26,276 bases of DNA from Opitutales bacterium (GTDB lineage: Bacteria > Verrucomicrobiota > Verrucomicrobiia > Opitutales > UBA2987), in assembly GCA_021772555.1 (NCBI GenBank), contig JAJFLT010000100.1, positions 1 through 26,276 of the forward strand, written 5' to 3'. A program made the position numbers and the translations under genes. Under the pieces are notes generated by a model. That model had not been told where the DNA came from. It saw only the letters and a program-made list of their open reading frames with translations, and ran no database searches. Positions 25,503-26,276 of this stretch are shown here, piece by piece. How positions within the stretch are numbered: the first letter of the stretch is position 1; each line of letters starts with the position of its first letter.

Positions 25503-26129
25503 ATGCCGCCCATATCAAATAACGACATTTATGCGCTCGTCCTGGCGGGGGGCCGCAGCGCCCGTATGGGCGTGGACAAATCCCTTCTTCGCTACGGCGG
25601 GAAGACTCAGTTGGAGAACATTCTCGAACTCGCAAACCAGGTATGTCCCAAAGTTTTTCTTTCTCTGCGAAAGGGGCAACCTGTGCCCGTGGAAGTGGAA
25701 AATGCGGCGTTCAACATTACCATTCTGTGTGACAAGTTGGAGAATATTGGACCAATGGGAGGCATTTTTACGGCTCTGGAAAAACACCCGCGTCATCCCT
25801 GGCTGGTCGTAGCGGTGGACCTGCCGTTTCTCGATGCGGAAACCTTGGCCTGTTTGATTGAAAACCGAGACCGTGAACGGCCCTTTACCGCGTTTCGCAG
25901 CAATTTCGATGGCTTGCCGGAACCTCTTTGCGCCCTCTATGAGCCGACGGCTTTGCCGATTTTGCATAACTATTTCACCGAGAAGCGAAATCATTGTCCG
26001 CGCAAGATAATGATGGGCTCCGATATACGGTTGTTGACGCTTCCCCAGGAACGCGCCCTTGACAATATCAACACGCCTGACGATTACAGGGAGGCCTTGC
26101 AAATTATAAAAACATCCAGCAAATCATGA
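25503..26129 (+). CDS. mobA: Molybdenum cofactor guanylyltransferase MobA
   Basis: LVLAGGRSARMGVDKSLL, GPMGGI, LVVAVDLPFL, PEPLCALY, NINTPDDY. Confidence 0.93.
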   Translation: MPPISNNDIYALVLAGGRSARMGVDKSLLRYGGKTQLENILELANQVCPKVFLSLRKGQPVPVEVENAAFNITILCDKLENIGPMGGIFTALEKHPRHPWLVVAVDLPFLDAETLACLIENRDRERPFTAFRSNFDGLPEPLCALYEPTALPILHNYFTEKRNHCPRKIMMGSDIRLLTLPQERALDNINTPDDYREALQIIKTSSKS

Positions 26130-26276
26130 GCCCAGAGCCCAAAACGGTTTCTTTATTGTATTTTGCCCTTCTGCGTGAGCAGAGAGGTATAGACACGGAG
26201 GCTCGCGCCACCACCGCCACCACCGCTGGTGAGCTTTATGAAGACCTGAAAAATGAATACGGTTTTTCTTTAGCCC
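26126..26276 (+). CDS. moaD: Molybdopterin synthase sulfur carrier MoaD/ThiS family, 3'-partial; not in the ORF track
   Basis: ATGA overlap with the mobA stop; MSPEPKTVSLLYFALLREQRGIDTEARATTATTAGELYEDLKNEYGFSLA matches the YFAxLRE MoaD N-terminus. Confidence 0.85.
   Translation, partial: MSPEPKTVSLLYFALLREQRGIDTEARATTATTAGELYEDLKNEYGFSLA

Overview
Chromosomal window from a moderately GC-rich bacterium. The gene content and the dnaN and pssA neighbourhood suggest Verrucomicrobiota/Opitutae (inference). In order: an addB-addA helicase-nuclease pair (addA runs off the left edge), OsmC, a small His-rich membrane protein, IclR, an NlpI-like TPR protein, a sulfite-oxidase-family molybdoenzyme, MscS, a secreted LamG-like and beta-propeller pair, an EF-hand protein, an orphan RelE-like gene coupled to pssA, an AT-rich DnaA-box-containing spacer, dnaN, and a conserved membrane protein. 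A small accessory island follows, then a divergent Moco biosynthesis cluster (moaA / moeA-moaC-mobA-moaD). The most striking structure is that the last ~85-120 bp of the gene downstream of dnaN occur three times in direct orientation (about 17990-18111, 19721-19826, 20845-20966). The two downstream copies are decayed but diverge mostly at synonymous positions, and they delimit unrelated cargo segments (aminotransferase plus truncated amidohydrolase; secreted MTAP-like protein; a low-GC Sel1 protein follows). This looks like a serial gene-capture hotspot anchored on a protein-coding 3' end, with no integrase in the window. A 92-bp MITE/attC-like hairpin sits in the moaA leader. No CRISPR array, tRNA or rRNA was recognised.
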